A DNA stretch of 64,000 nucleotides. Origin: Amoebidium appalachense (taxonomy: Eukaryota > Protista > Ichthyosporea). The DNA lies in contig CAVNZM010000001.1 of assembly GCA_963693365.1 (NCBI GenBank), forward strand, positions 10,752,161-10,816,160. The letters run 5' to 3'. Shown piece after piece: positions 24,321-37,664 of this stretch. Made by a program: the position numbers and the translations under genes. The notes under the pieces are model-generated. The model worked only from the letters and a program-made list of their open reading frames with translations. It was not told the DNA's origin and ran no database searches. Every line of letters begins with the position of its first letter. The first letter of the stretch is position 1.

Positions 24321-25178
24321 GTCAACGGTGCCGGTCTTGCCATGGCTACCATGGACATCATCAAGCTTCACGGTCAGTCTCTCCCTCCCCCCCCCCCCCC
24401 CCCCCCCCCCCCCCCTTATTGTGTTGTTCGTCGTAGATGTGTACTTAATACTGTTTCAAACCCGCTTTTCAAACCCCCCTCCCCGCTTCCCCCCTCTCCT
24501 CTTCTCCACCTTCTCTCCCTCGACCCACGTGCCCACCCCCTCACCCTGTTCATGCTTGGTAGCTGGTGAATAGTTTACGTATATGGTTTGAGGAAAAAGG
24601 TAGGGTACGGGAAAGGGGAGGGGGGGGGGGGGGGGGGGGGAGCGGGGGGGGGGAGGGGGGTAGAAGGGACGTGTACACGACAACAGCGCATATACACCAA
24701 CATTGGAGCGAACGCGATAGGACCCGGGCTGTTTTATCGTATTCTGCAATGCTTTTATTTAAAAGGCATTAGCTGGCCAGTGATTTCAACGCTGTTAGGT
24801 TTCATTCCTTTCTTCCTCTCCTTGTAGATCCTTTTTTGCCCCCTAATGTCTTACCAATTTTTTTTCCCCCTGTTTCCCTTGTCCCCCTGCTTCCCCCTTT
24901 CTCAAAGAGGCACCTCAAAGGGGGGGGATGGGGGGCTACGAGGGCATCTTGATGGTGCCCCTCTCTCACTATCATTGATGTTTATGGTCCTTTCTTCCTA
25001 TTTTTATGGGATGGGCGATGGGCAGATGAAAGAATGCTGATCTATTTCCCATTTCAGGCGGCAACCCGGCCAACTTCCTCGATCTGGGTGGCGGCGTGAC
25101 TGAGGCCTCCGTGTCCCACGCATTCAAGATTCTGACCCAGGACAAGCAGGTGTGTGGGTGTGTGGGTGTGTGGGTGTG

Positions 25179-25209
<31 letters not shown>

Positions 25210-25670
25210 ATGTGTCTGTGTGTCTGTGTGGGTGTGGGTGTGGGGTATGCAGGCGTGCAGGTTTGCATGTGTGTTGTTGGTTGTTCGTCGGTTCGTGGGT
25301 CGTGGGTGCATGCATGCGTGGTGTTCACATATACCCCCCCCCCCCCCCCCCCATATCAAACACACACACACAGTACCTTCGTACTCTTCGTGTGTGCTCT
25401 TCTTTGCTAAACTTTCCTTGTATCATCCGTTGTGAACGTGTACTTCCCCTACCGCGTACCACATTCTAACAACCCCCCCCCCCTCCCCCCCCCCCCCCCC
25501 TCGCCACTTTCACGTAAAGGTCGAGGCCATCCTTGTGAACATCTTCGGTGGCATTGTCGACTGTGCCCTGGTGGCCCGCGGTATCATTGCTGCCGCACAC
25601 AAACACAACATCGATATCCCCATCACCGTGCGCCTGAAGGGTACGTGCATAAAAATGCATTCTTTGGTTC

Positions 25671-25713
<43 letters not shown>

Positions 25714-26983
25714 TGCATACAGAAACCTGGGTGATTACACAGTTAGGCACGTGCATGCACACACACACAATGCTAATGGCACACATGTGCATTCATAACC
25801 CCCACATATGAAAGTAAGTGACAAGACGTGTTAATGAAACGCTGTTGGTCTGCCGCATATTGTCGATTCCTTAGGACCCTCCCCCCCCCCCCCCCCCCCC
25901 CCCCCTGAGGATGGGCTCTGCTTATGACGCTACTGTGCGCATGGCTGATGTTGCATTCTTGAATGTTTGCCTTTGCATGTGTCCTTCGTGTATGCGTACT
26001 TCGTACCGTGTTCCGCATTTAAACCCCCCCAGTCTTCTTTCAGAGGTGTCCTTTCAGGACAGACCACTGTGTGGAGACCGCTTTACTTCAATGCAACCGG
26101 GCATGGTTGCTCTGTGTCGTGCATCTGTAAGCACATACGCATTTTCCGCTGCACTGCTTTAGTTTGCACACACATCTTCCCCGTTTTGCTCACCTTGCTT
26201 GCATAAGCAACCCTGCTCGTCTTTGATCAAGACGGGTTGACCCTCCCAAGTTCAGTTGATGCTGCTGAGTGAGTTGGAGAGTCGTATATACGCGGGCTAA
26301 GGGGTCGAAACTCAGACGCAATTGATGACTTGGGCCCTCCCTGAGGATGGGCTCTGCTTATGACGCATACTGTGCGCATGGCTGATGTTGCATTCTTGAA
26401 TGTTTGCCTTTGCATGTGTCCTTCGTGTGTATGCGTACTTCGTACCGTGTTCCGCATTCAAACCCCCCCCCCCCCCCCCCCCAACCCAAAAAAAAAAAAA
26501 AAAAAAAAAAGACACACACACAGACACACACACCAACCATGTGTGAGTTACACGCACACTCACGGGACATGCTTGCACGTTCACAATAGTTACCCACTCC
26601 CTGCAGATACCTCGGCAAGATAGGGCAGGTAAATGTGCGCAGAGATGTTCGATCTGTGTTGAACCGGTATTCTTCATACCTTTTGGTGTGTGTGTGTTCC
26701 ATGGTTTTTTTTTTTTTGCTTTTTTTTTTACATTTCACTTCATAGTTATGATATCTAAACGCTGTAACAAACCGTGAACCATGTCGCACTGCTCGACTCA
26801 TTTTTTACGCAGCAATACATTCCTGTGTCTGTTCCTGTTGGCCACACTGCTAAATATGGTTATTTTTCCCTTGCAGGCACCAATGAGAAGGCAGCACAGA
26901 AGCTCGTCAAGGAGAGCGGCATCAAGCTGACCATGATCGACGATCTTGATGAGGCTGCCAAGCATGCTGTGTCCTCCATTTAG
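15702..26983 (+). CDS. SUCLG2: Succinyl-CoA ligase [GDP-forming] beta subunit, mitochondrial (14 exons)
   Basis: Exons 15702-15752, 16167(or 16173)-16227, 17144-17230, 18512-18611, 19118-19208, 19559-19657, 20267-20350, 20924-20983, 21681-21777, 23489-23650, 24322-24372, 25058-25149, 25520-25640, 26877-26983. Presequence-like [17 protein letters not shown]. Motifs [108 protein letters not shown] and [12 protein letters not shown] resemble the GDP-specific paralog more than SUCLA2. Confidence 0.93.
17266..17330 (+). mobile_element. Diverged fragment of the shared core of the poly(C)-tailed element
   Basis: gaaacccatgcttttgtggagacataggaacccccctgatgatgggctctg aligns by eye to gaaactcgggtactgtggatgacgtgggcccccctgaggatgggctctg; begins right after a C-rich tract. 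Confidence 0.55.
17672..17776 (+). mobile_element. Poly(C)-tailed element, subfamily A, 3'-terminal fragment
   Basis: gctgatgttgcatacttgaatgtttgcc...gtaccgtgttccgcattaaa, between two C-runs. Confidence 0.85.
22215..22637 (+). mobile_element. Poly(C)-tailed element, subfamily A (slightly 5'-truncated), SUCLG2 intron 9
   Basis: Near-identical to 26031-26462, 42376-42820 and 49637-50036. Starts just after a C-run, ends ccgcattcaa+C7. Confidence 0.92.
22641..23294 (+). mobile_element. Poly(C)-tailed element, subfamily B (~650 bp), directly after the subfamily A copy
   Basis: Matches the reverse complement of 63179-63826 over its length, and 47182-47589 and 52798-52920 at the 3' end. Ends gacgcattcaaa+C16. 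Confidence 0.92.
25903..26462 (+). mobile_element. Subfamily A: partial 3' unit (25903-26030) plus full unit (26031-26462), head-to-tail
   Basis: Junction ttccgcatttaaa-C7-agtcttctttcagagg. C-run upstream; C20 then an A-run downstream. Confidence 0.92.
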
Positions 26984-27500
26984 AATTTAACAGCCAACCA
27001 CTGCCTTGGTCTAAAATTATAAACAAGGTTTCATGGTAGGAAGGGAGACTTTGAATAGTTTATAAAGTATGGAGATTAAAGGCGGGGACATATGTTGGGG
27101 GCACCCTCCATGTTGAGGGGGAGGGTGTCTGCAAATAAAATTGCCAACACGTGCACTCTTCCCCCCCCTTCCCCCCCCCCTCCCCCGCCCGTCACACACA
27201 CACACACACACACACATGTACACCCCACCATCCTCCAAGCACACACTTGTATTGCAAAAGCAACAGAACATACCGATTTCATTTTGGAAGTTGGGGGAAG
27301 GGCATCGAGGCTCCGCAGCTCTATCTTGGCATAAATTTGTGCAACCCCTCCCCCCTCCCCCCCCTCTTTCCCCGAATCCCCCCGGAGCTCGAGTGTGGTT
27401 AATTTGTACTCGACAGCTCTGTGCATGCATAGGGTTGGGACCGTTGTGCATGCATGATAGGCATTCTAAACCTCCCGGGGCCCTGGGCTTGATGCGCATA

Positions 27501-27664
27501 TGCATGCAAATATGCTCGTGGCTCATTATTATACTCGGTGCACGTGTGGGTACTTGGAAAAACAAGGCCTCTACACAGGAATATGCGCATGCAATTATGC
27601 TCGTGGCGCATCATACTCAGTGCACGTGTGGGTACTTGGAAAAACCGGTCTCCGAACAGGAATA
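27501..27664. repeat. Imperfect tandem duplication of ~80-85 bp
   Basis: ...atgcaa(a/t)tatgctcgtggc...gtgcacgtgtgggtacttggaaaaac...acaggaata occurs twice. Confidence 0.8.
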
Positions 27665-28503
27665 GTGGCCAAACATGGATGTGATGGCAAGAACGGACAC
27701 CTTTTCTTTCTCTGTGGGCACCAATAAAACTGTGTCTATACACGTGTGTGCGTGTGTGTGTGTGTCTGCCTGCATGCGTGCGTGCGTGCCTGTGAGTCGT
27801 GACACTCAGTAGTGGGTCTGTTGTCAATGAGTCATCTATCCGCCAAGACCCAACACCCAACCAGATGAGACGCTTTTTCAAGAGCACGCGGCAAGCCTCG
27901 GATTTTCAGCCCGATTATAATTGGTTTGAGATCTTGACATACCACATTTTATTGGATACTAGCATAGAAATAAGAGTTTCTGTTATTTGATTAGTGTGTG
28001 CTCACGCACCTATTTTGCATGGAATTTGGTTTCCTTTTTCGTTTGGGTTGACCAGTGGGCATCTTTATCAGCTCTTCCTTCGTTTGACTTTCTGTGCAGG
28101 CATTGAAAAACGAGGAAAAAACACCAGAAACGACATGTGTACACAGTAATCGCAGGTACATGTAGGGGTAAATGGTGCCAGATTTTTGTGACAGTTAGCT
28201 AAATTAGTATAGACAAGCTGCAACGAGTGGTAGATTACGTTTATATGGCCTGTAACGAGGGCTCCTTAAGACCAGACGGAGAGCCAAATATAGAGGGTTA
28301 AGCATAGAGCAGTCAACTGTTGTGTTACACAGAATCACCTTTCAAAGTAAAGCATGCGCTCCCACGTGGTATAAGGATAGCACAGGTGCATATTTATTAT
28401 CATATTATCACCTTCTAGTTTTTTCGCCTTCACGGTTTCATTTTTTTATTATGAACCACTGCGAAAACGAGCCACATTCCACGTCAAAAGCCTGACAAGA
28501 CAC

Positions 28504-30005
28504 ATGCCGGCGCTAGGTGCAGCAGATTTCGCACGCTCAAAGCACTCAAGGGCAAGCACCATGGGGGAGCTGGGTATGGAAGGGGTGGATGGGTTTTTCC
28601 GAGGAATAGACAGGAGGACGGCAGTGGCCTTTTTACGCAAGAAGGGCACGTACAGGAGCTACCTCCTCCGAGAGAGCCAGAGCGTGCCTGGTTCATATGT
28701 CATATCGTTCAGGGTCGACCCGTTCGTACGAAACTTCACCATAGTCAAGCAGGTAGGGTGCACTATGATCTTTTCTAGAGGAGGGCGCATGAAATGGTGT
28801 TGTGTGTGTGCCTGCGTGTGTGCATGTGTGCGCATCCGTATGTGTGTGTGTTTGTGACCGCTTGTGCTGTTTGTTTGCTCAAATGTGGATCCGGACACCT
28901 AGCACCTCGTGCACTTGCACACCATTGAACTTGGACTTCAATTGACCGTAGACGAAAAAAAATTCCCAAAATCAGACAGTACAGGGCAACCTAAACTAGA
29001 CCCGGATGTGAGCCATTTTCACCTGCTCGGTGTATTTCTTGAGTGTGCTAGGCACCTTTCCTTTCGTGCTGTCCTATCAACTAAGCGCATACACATCACA
29101 ACACAAGAACCTTTACTAATTTATTGCCACAGTCTACAGCTTCGGAGTTCAGCTTTGTCATTGGCAACAGGGCATTCCGTTCCATCAGCGACGTCATATC
29201 ACACTATCACACCCATCCCCTTAGTGATGACTTGTGTTTGGGGTCACCCGTCACAAATTGGGAGAAGATATCTCCTCAATCCCCGTCGCATACACGCACA
29301 CTCAGAGGGCACATCACAACACACAGCACACGAATTCGTTGTTATGATTTTCCCTCGGTAGTGTTTCAACGGCACGGCAGCATGAAAGGATCGAAACCGG
29401 GAACACCAATCGAGCCGTTGAAGGGGTCTGTTAGTCCCCCGTCAGGCAAGCTGGATCTCACCATGGGGAGATCCGGTAGTGTAACATCGACAGATTCGAG
29501 GTTTTCGTTTTCCTCGGCGATATCCCCAGCCAGCAGTCTGTCTACAGATGGCGGGCTGTGGCCTGCCTGTATGAGTACTAGTGAACATGAGACGTTTGCT
29601 AATGCCATGATGGATCAACACACATTGGAGGAGTTCGTCGATTTTGTTGAGGGGGAACACCTCGAGGAGACGTTGATGTTTTTGTCGGCGTGCGGAAAAT
29701 ATAAGAGGGATGCTCTATCTGTGAGCGAAGCAGCGTTTTATCCATCAGAGTTGCACGAGATGGCGAAAGAGATATTCGTGAGGTTTATGACCCCTGCATC
29801 CATGTATGAGGTGAACATCAGCGTGGCGACGGTGAGAGAAGTAAGAAGTGTGCTGGATAGGACAGCGGGCACACACGGAAATGAGACGGAGAGGGATGTC
29901 TTGGCGGGGGTGTTTGAAGATGCACACAAGCAGGTGTATGATATGCTGGTGAGGGAGGTGTATCCGAGGTTTCAGGCGGGGAGGATGGTGGCTGGAAACC
30001 CGTAG
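28504..30005 (+). CDS. SH2 domain + RGS domain protein (N-terminus uncertain)
   Basis: Exons 28504-28752 and 29133-30005 join in phase 0 (GTAGG...tactaat...CAG). SH2: FFRGIDRRTAVAFLRKKG..SYLLRESQSVPGSYVISFR...FRSISDVISHYHTHPL...LGSPV. RGS: EEFVDFVEGEHLEETLMFLSACGKYK...AKEIFVRFM...EVNIS...VFEDAHKQVYDML..VYPRF. The frame stays open upstream to a possible acceptor at 28418. Confidence 0.88.
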
Positions 30006-30563
30006 TGTGTGGGCGCAACAATGTCGTATGCACACACATCCGGAAATGTGCGTGGTGGGGCAGGGAGATGGGAGCGGGAAACGATTTTGTGAATGAAATT
30101 GGTGGGGGGGAATCGGAATAGGGCTGTCGATATCGATGTACGCAACAGCAGAGTGCTCGTATGTTTCTACTTTTTCCTGGGTTTCTGTGTTGCTTTCTTT
30201 CTCTCCTTTTCCCACTTTTTTTTTTCTTTTCTTTTTTTTTTTTTTGTTGCTTTCTTTTGACCTGGACGGTGAGGGATGTAAGGTTTGAACGAGACAGTAC
30301 CGTGCCTTCCCCAGATTACGAACTCAAAACTGTCGTGAATAGATATGATGCTTTTTCTTTTCTGCCCTGTATCTTGCAAGCGTATTTGCGTAAGGGCTTT
30401 CCGAATTCACCCTTCTAGATCTGAATAGCGCACTAATCGAGCAACACGAGTTGCGGTATAGGTATGGACACTGTGCAAAGTATGCAAAGTAAGTCATGCG
30501 GGAACTTGAAAGTAGTCTGGTGAATAGGGAAAACAATTACGTCTTTGGCGAGTGTGTTTGCTG

Positions 30564-30611
<48 letters not shown>

Positions 30612-30907
30612 GGGGGGGGCGGGGAGGGAGAAGGGGGGGGAGGGGAGGGCAAATGGTGGGGAGGAGGTTGGGGGCGGGGGATGGATCCGAGGTGGGAGGG
30701 GGGAGGGGTAGGGAATGGATACAAGTATGTGTTCGCTATTGCTTTTGGTTTTCCGTATTTATTAGAACCGTAGAACCGAGACACACCATTCGAAATTGCG
30801 CTTGCATATAGGGCAGGACCCGGTTTAATCGATCGTGCATCAGTTTTGCTGGGGCAAAATAGCCACCCACTTGTTATGGGTTGGTCTGCGTGGACAGCCA
30901 TACATGC

Positions 30908-30968
30908 ATATTCAAGGAATACGTACATAGGATATTCATATTCAAGGAATACGTACATGGGATATTCA
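30908..30968. repeat. 30-bp tandem duplication
   Basis: atattcaaggaatacgtacat(a/g)ggatattc twice. Confidence 0.85.
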
Positions 30969-32444
30969 GTGTCACAAGTTCAGCAGCGATTTGCTGGCAC
31001 TATATTATCAAATAACGACTTTGGAAGTCTGATAATATACGAATACAGTGTGAATTTGGTGCTGCCCATAAATTAATCAAAAACACAACCCCCCCCCTCC
31101 CCCCCTCCCTCCCCCCCTGCGCGCCCGCACACGCACACGCACACGCACAAGCACAAGCACATGCACATGCACACACACACACACCGTGTCGTCACAAACA
31201 CACACAACCCCCCCCCCTTCCCCCCCTCCCCCCCCCCCCCCCCCCCTTCCCCCCACACACACACACAAACAAAACAAACCAAAAAAAAAAATCAAAAAAA
31301 ATCGGCCCCTCTCTTCCCCGCCTAAAAGAAAAAGGTTCCCACGCGCCCGCCGCGCACGCAGCAAATGATATCAGTACGTACAATGTGTCGTATCACACAG
31401 ACACACACACTAGATCACAAGTGCACACATGTGCACGTGTACACAACTTGAGGGGCATTGACATGTGTCAGCACGTCATGGCATGGCCAAAACCCAAAAT
31501 AACAAACCAGCAACACTGCTACGCTGAGTCTAGCATGTAGCTCGGTTAACGGACGGACTAGCTCTTTCATTCAGGTGTTCCCGCATCGAGAATATTACAC
31601 GCAAGTGGGGCAAATTTGAGGGTTTAAGCACATTCACTGTGACGGACACATTCTTAAGCTGTCCTCCGAGGCGTATTTTACTTTGTGACGTAGGAAGGCT
31701 TCGAATATTTTCAAGAATTTCTAGTGAGATTTTTTCTTTCCGGGGGGGGGGGGGGGGGGGGAGGGGGGGGAGGGGGAGGTGGGCAGGGAGGGGGGGGAGG
31801 GAATAATTAGTTACACGAATTGTATAGAGGTCGTTATATTCTTCTTTTTCTGAAGCCCGAGTCTGTAGGGTGACAGCTTAGGGTGACTGCATGCACGAGC
31901 ATATTTTTATACTCGCGATTCGATATATATGGATTGAACGTAAACGTACGGTTTGCAGATATGTTACTAGCGATGTGTGATCACGGCACAGCACCGGAAC
32001 GTCCGTTACACATGCACGTGGTGTTTTCAACAACTATTTTTATGTTCTACCGTGTGTACATTGTACTGATAAGCTTACAATCATAACTCCAGAAAGATAC
32101 GTCGTATCCACAGTTTTTCAAGAATCGATTCAGCGCTTACGTGAATATATTTTCCAAAAATCAGTTCACTTTCCGGGTTTTTTGACCGTTATACGGGGCG
32201 ATGATGTAAACGCGTAGCGAGGATCCAAGGCTCACTTTAGCTGTCTTCTCTCTCCGTGTAAGGCACGATTACCTTGATGTAGGGTTGTATACACAAGGGC
32301 TGAATTATAGGCCTGGCAGGTTTAAAGGCGTTACACGAAGTTAAGCTCATATTCTGACACGCCACATAGCCGGGCATCTCACCATGGGCCTAAATATAGC
32401 CCCATCCGTCCGCGCAAAGACTTGAGCATCGTGAACACTTGAAC

Positions 32445-32815
32445 ATGGCAAGCACAACAGAGCCATTTGTCTTCGAATCTCCCCACGCACAGAGGGGTGC
32501 TGTTGTTGTCGAGATCGTTTTGTGGTGTAGGCGCAGTGGCACACCAAGACTCAACGAGGGAATACAGTCGCTGGTGTTCATTTGGTCAAAATGGAGCGTC
32601 CTGTCGCTCGCTAAGTTGAGGGCTAAGCTGAGGATGTTGTTCCCTAGGGTACGTGCTTGTGTATACGCGCGCGTGTGTGCTTGTCCCTGCGTGTGTGTGT
32701 GTGCGTGTGCATTCGCGCGCGTGTGCTTTTGGCACGCGCGTGTGGGTGATGTGCATGGGTGGGCACGTGGTGGTGCATGTGACGGCTCTGTGTGTGTGTG
32801 TGGGTGGGTGGGTGT

Positions 32816-32851
<36 letters not shown>

Positions 32852-32943
32852 GTGTGCGTGTGCGTGCGTGTGTGTGTGTGCTTTTGGCACGCGCGCGTGG
32901 ATGATGTGCATGGGTGGGCACGTGGTGGTGCACGTGACGGCTC

Positions 32944-32978
<35 letters not shown>

Positions 32979-34048
32979 ACGCGCGTGCGTGCGTGCATGT
33001 GTTTTTGTGGTGTGTGTGTGTGTCTGTGCGTGCGTGTGTGTCTGTGTGTGTGTGTGTGTGTGTGTGCATCCGTGCGTGTGTGTGAGTGTGTGCGTGTGTG
33101 TGTGTGGCTGGGCGGGTTGTTCGTTTTATCATAGAGTGTACTTGCATGTGCGTATGTAGAAGTGTGCGTCAGCGTATAGGTACGTGCCTGTGTGGGGGGC
33201 CGGTCAATATGTTTTCGTGTATGCCCGCTTAAGGCACGTGTATATGCACGTGCAGGCGTGCAGGCGTGTTCTTGGGTGTGTAGTTGGACAGTTGAAGGAG
33301 TGTTTCGGGGGGGTGTATGTGGTTCTGGTTTAACATTAGGTGTTGGTTTAGGTGTATGTAGGCATATGTGTGTGTGTGTGTGTGACGTGTGTGTGTTTGG
33401 GGGAGGGGGAAGGGGGGAGGGGGGAAGGGGGAGGGAGATCCCACTTTCTCACTGCACTCAACTTGTGTGATGGATGTGTAATGTCTGGTTGTGGTTCTTT
33501 ATTCGTATTCTCTCTGTGGGCGTCAGTCAGAGTCTCCACACCTTTCTTTTCTCTCCCCTCTTCTCTTACTCCCGGCTTCCTCTAGCAAAACACACACACA
33601 TTATTATATACATCTCCCCACCCCCTCCCCTCCCCCCCCTCCCTCCCCCCCTCCCCCCTGCCCACCCACCCGTCCCCCCTCTCCTCTATCTCTCTCCCTC
33701 TCTCTTTCTCTCTCTCTCTCCCCACCCCCCCACACTCCCCCTCACTTTTTCTCCTTCTCCCCCCCTCCCCCGCCCCTCTTCTCTGTCTCTCTCTGTCTCT
33801 ATGTGCTTCTCTTTCTCTCCTCCCTCCCCCCCCCCCCCTCCCCCCAACCCTCCCTCTACCCTCCATTCCCTCCCCCCTCCCCTCTCGTTGTCTCTGTGCC
33901 TCTCAATCTCTCTCTTGCCTCCCCCCTCCCCCCCCCCTCCCTCCCTCTACATTATCCCTTTCCTTGTCTAACTCTTTCTCGCCTCCATATTTTTCTTCAC
34001 GCTGACATGCACTCGGAACTCACACCTACCTCTGGCTGATCATCCTCC

Positions 34049-34091
<43 letters not shown>

Positions 34092-34964
34092 TCCCCGCCC
34101 TCCCCACCACCAGCGCCCAAACACCCACCCACCCACCCACACACACACACACACATACACACACACACACACAGGCGGGCATCCGTTTTGCATTAGCTAC
34201 ACAGGAACCTATCCCCAGTGACCAGAACGATGTGCCTCTTGGGCGCATACCGGGTGTAACAAGCGGGTCTGTGATGATTGCTAGACTGTGTGACAGAGAG
34301 GTGTGCCACTGCGAGGTGAGTGTTAAAATTTAAGTTTAAGTTTAATATGTAAAAGTTATTATCGGTGGTGCCTGCTTTACCACAACGTGTGCCATTGTTT
34401 AGTGGGTGTTTTAAGGTATTGAGAAGTTAGATTTGAAAGCCATGGTGTCTGCTGTATGACCACTACCTGTACCACTGTTCTAGTCTGAGTTGAATTTATT
34501 TGAAAATTTGTAACCGTGTTTTCGGTTTGAAATTTGGGGAAGGTGTGGTAACCGCAACATGTGTCATAGCAAGGTGGGTGTTCAAGAAATTTCAGATATA
34601 AATTCTACAACTTTGATGTTGTATGTTTTTTATTTATATGCTGTCAGATTTCTTATTGTTCATTGCTCTGTGACCTGGGCATAAGCCCCCTTGAGGCTGG
34701 TGTTAGGGCTGTGTAAACCTGACCTTTTTATTTTACAGCAAACAGCGTATGTGTTTTACCGGTGTTTATCGGTATGGTGTAGGGTGACTTTCTAGTTTTG
34801 GGGACTCCCAAACACGCATACACACACATACTGTTACACACAGAACCTCTCTCTCCCTCTCTCTCTCGCCATCTCTCTCTTTCTCTGTCTCCCCCCCATC
34901 CCTCCCCCCCCCCCTCCCCCCCCCCCCCTCCCCACACACACACACAGGCACATTCCCCATCACA

Positions 34965-35061
<97 letters not shown>

Positions 35062-35168
35062 CACACACACACACACACACATGCACACACACTCACACAC
35101 ACATACACACACACACGCGCGCGCGCGCACGTGCGCCCTCCCATTCACTCTCACACTAACACCTTCCA

Positions 35169-35201
<33 letters not shown>

Positions 35202-35741
35202 TACCCTTCCTCTTTCTCCCCCATTCCCCTTTTTTCATACAGCCCGAGGACATTTACCAGCCCACAATGGAGTTCACCCACAAATCTGGTTCCGCACACC
35301 GGCCAAAACGCCAAGCCAACCCATTCAACCTGTTGGAAACAGCGAGAGACCACCTACAGCCCACACAACCACCACCACCAAACAACAACAGGAAGATCAA
35401 AACGATTGCTGAGGAACATAGAGAAAGAGATGCGGCGAGAAGGGCGGGGTTGATTGTTGAAAACGAAACGGAGGGAGAGGGAGAGGGAGAGGGAGAGGGA
35501 GAGGGAGAGGGAGAGGGTGCGGGCGGTGAGGTGGAAGAGGGAGTGGTTGGAGCGGGAGAGGCGGGAGACGGGGAGGCGGGAGCGGGAGAGGCAGGTGTTG
35601 GAGAGGTGGGGGTCGGGGTGGCTGAAGAGGGGGAGGGGATGGAGGAAGGGGCAACCTCTGAGGCAGTTCTGGAAAGGTGGGTGTTGTGTGTTTGTGAATT
35701 CGCTCTTTCCTTTCCCTTATTGGTTTTTTTTTTTTTGTTTT

Positions 35742-35773
<32 letters not shown>

Positions 35774-35812
35774 GGATCAGGGGGCAAGATGGTGCCGTGA
35801 GTTGTGTAATCT

Positions 35813-35848
<36 letters not shown>

Positions 35849-35982
35849 TCTTTGCTTTGATGTGTGTGTAGGCACCAAGGGGGTGGAGGGGGGTGGGGTG
35901 GAGGGGGTGGGGAGGGGAGTAAGGTTTCGAAAACAACATGCCTGGGTGGAAGTGGGTGATGAATAAGAAGAAATGTTCGTGT

Positions 35983-36047
<65 letters not shown>

Positions 36048-36831
36048 TGCAGGGGCGAGAGGGGTACGTGTGTATGGGTTAATGGGTGGGTGGGTGGGTG
36101 GGTAGGTATGGTTGTGGACCTATGCTTATATCCGCGTGTACTTGTTTGCATTGTCCCGGGAGACTGGGTGGGGAAGGGGGGGGGGGGGGGGGGGGGGGGG
36201 GGATTTACCTATGCTCGTTGCCTTTGACTCTGAGGTGAGTGGGTACCGGGGGGGGGGGGGGGGGGGGGGGAGTGATATCCAAAAATAATGGGTAGAGATA
36301 ACTTAACTGAGATTTTTGCGCTAAGAATAAGAACGTGAAAGGTGTGGCGTGGGTGAACGGATGAGCAAATCCACCGTGCTCTCTCTTTCTTTATTACTTG
36401 GTATTCACTCAATCACCATTTACCCACACTAATATAACACACACACCAACACACGCACACAAATGCACACACACGTCCGCGCGCACACATTTGCACACAC
36501 GCACAAGAAATCAAGAAAAGAAGGGAAAGAATTTCGATCGTCTTCTTCAACTCTGTGCCCATGCCCATTGAACCTACCTTATCAGGCACTTACCATTTAA
36601 GGCACTTACCATATAGGGCACTTACCAAATATGGGTAACGCAGCTACCTGGAGGACACCCCCTTCATGCCCAACCATATGCCCCCCATCCCTCCCAGCCT
36701 ACCCCCTGCCCGTGTCTCCGGCATCCCCCCACTGCCTCCGCTCATCCTCACGAACGATCCCAACGCCAACACCACAGACACAGGTAACCCCCCCCCCCCC
36801 CCCCCTCCCCCCCCCTCCCCCCCCCCTTTCC

Positions 36832-36862
<31 letters not shown>

Positions 36863-37116
36863 ACCCCACCCACACACACACATAAAAAAAAAAAGACACT
36901 TAGGTAACTTGATTGGGTTTTTTGTTTGTGTGTTGGTGATGTCATCATTTACATGGGTTATGTCTGTGCGTGTGTGTCTCAGTATGAGCGCGTGCACGCT
37001 CACAATTCTTTTTTTTTTTTTTTGTTTGGGGGGAGGGGGGGGGGGTACGCGCACGTGTGCGTGTGTCTGTGTGGGGCACGTGCCTGTGTGTGTGCCTGCA
37101 TGTGTGTGCCTGCCTG

Positions 37117-37203
<87 letters not shown>

Positions 37204-37317
37204 CTGCATGTGTGTGCATGTGACGGTGCACACTCGTGTGTGCACGGGTCTGTCCTTGATTTGTCTGTTGCAAAAATGTTGTTGCTGCATGTGTGCGTAT
37301 GGAAGGGTTTAAGGGAT

Positions 37318-37358
<41 letters not shown>

Positions 37359-37550
37359 CTATTTCTACGTGTTGTCACTTTGTGGAGTTGTAGGTAGGTG
37401 TTATGCAGGTTTGGTGGGTGGAGGTTAACACAAAGACACACGCTGTTGTTCTCCGTGGCATGGTGGACTCTTCTTTGCCGTTTGTCCTGGACCCACAACA
37501 AGCCCAAGTTTGGCTTAAATCCACATGTATAAAGGCCTGCCTAACGACAA

Positions 37551-37589
<39 letters not shown>

Positions 37590-37626
37590 CGCGGCCAAAC
37601 AACACACACACACACACACACAACAC

Positions 37627-37664
<38 letters not shown>

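Noticed and set aside
36585-36630. Three ggcacttacca repeats resembling the U1 snRNA 5' end
   Set aside because: CTTAC occurs before several acceptors here as a likely branch point, so this is best read as a small local triplication.
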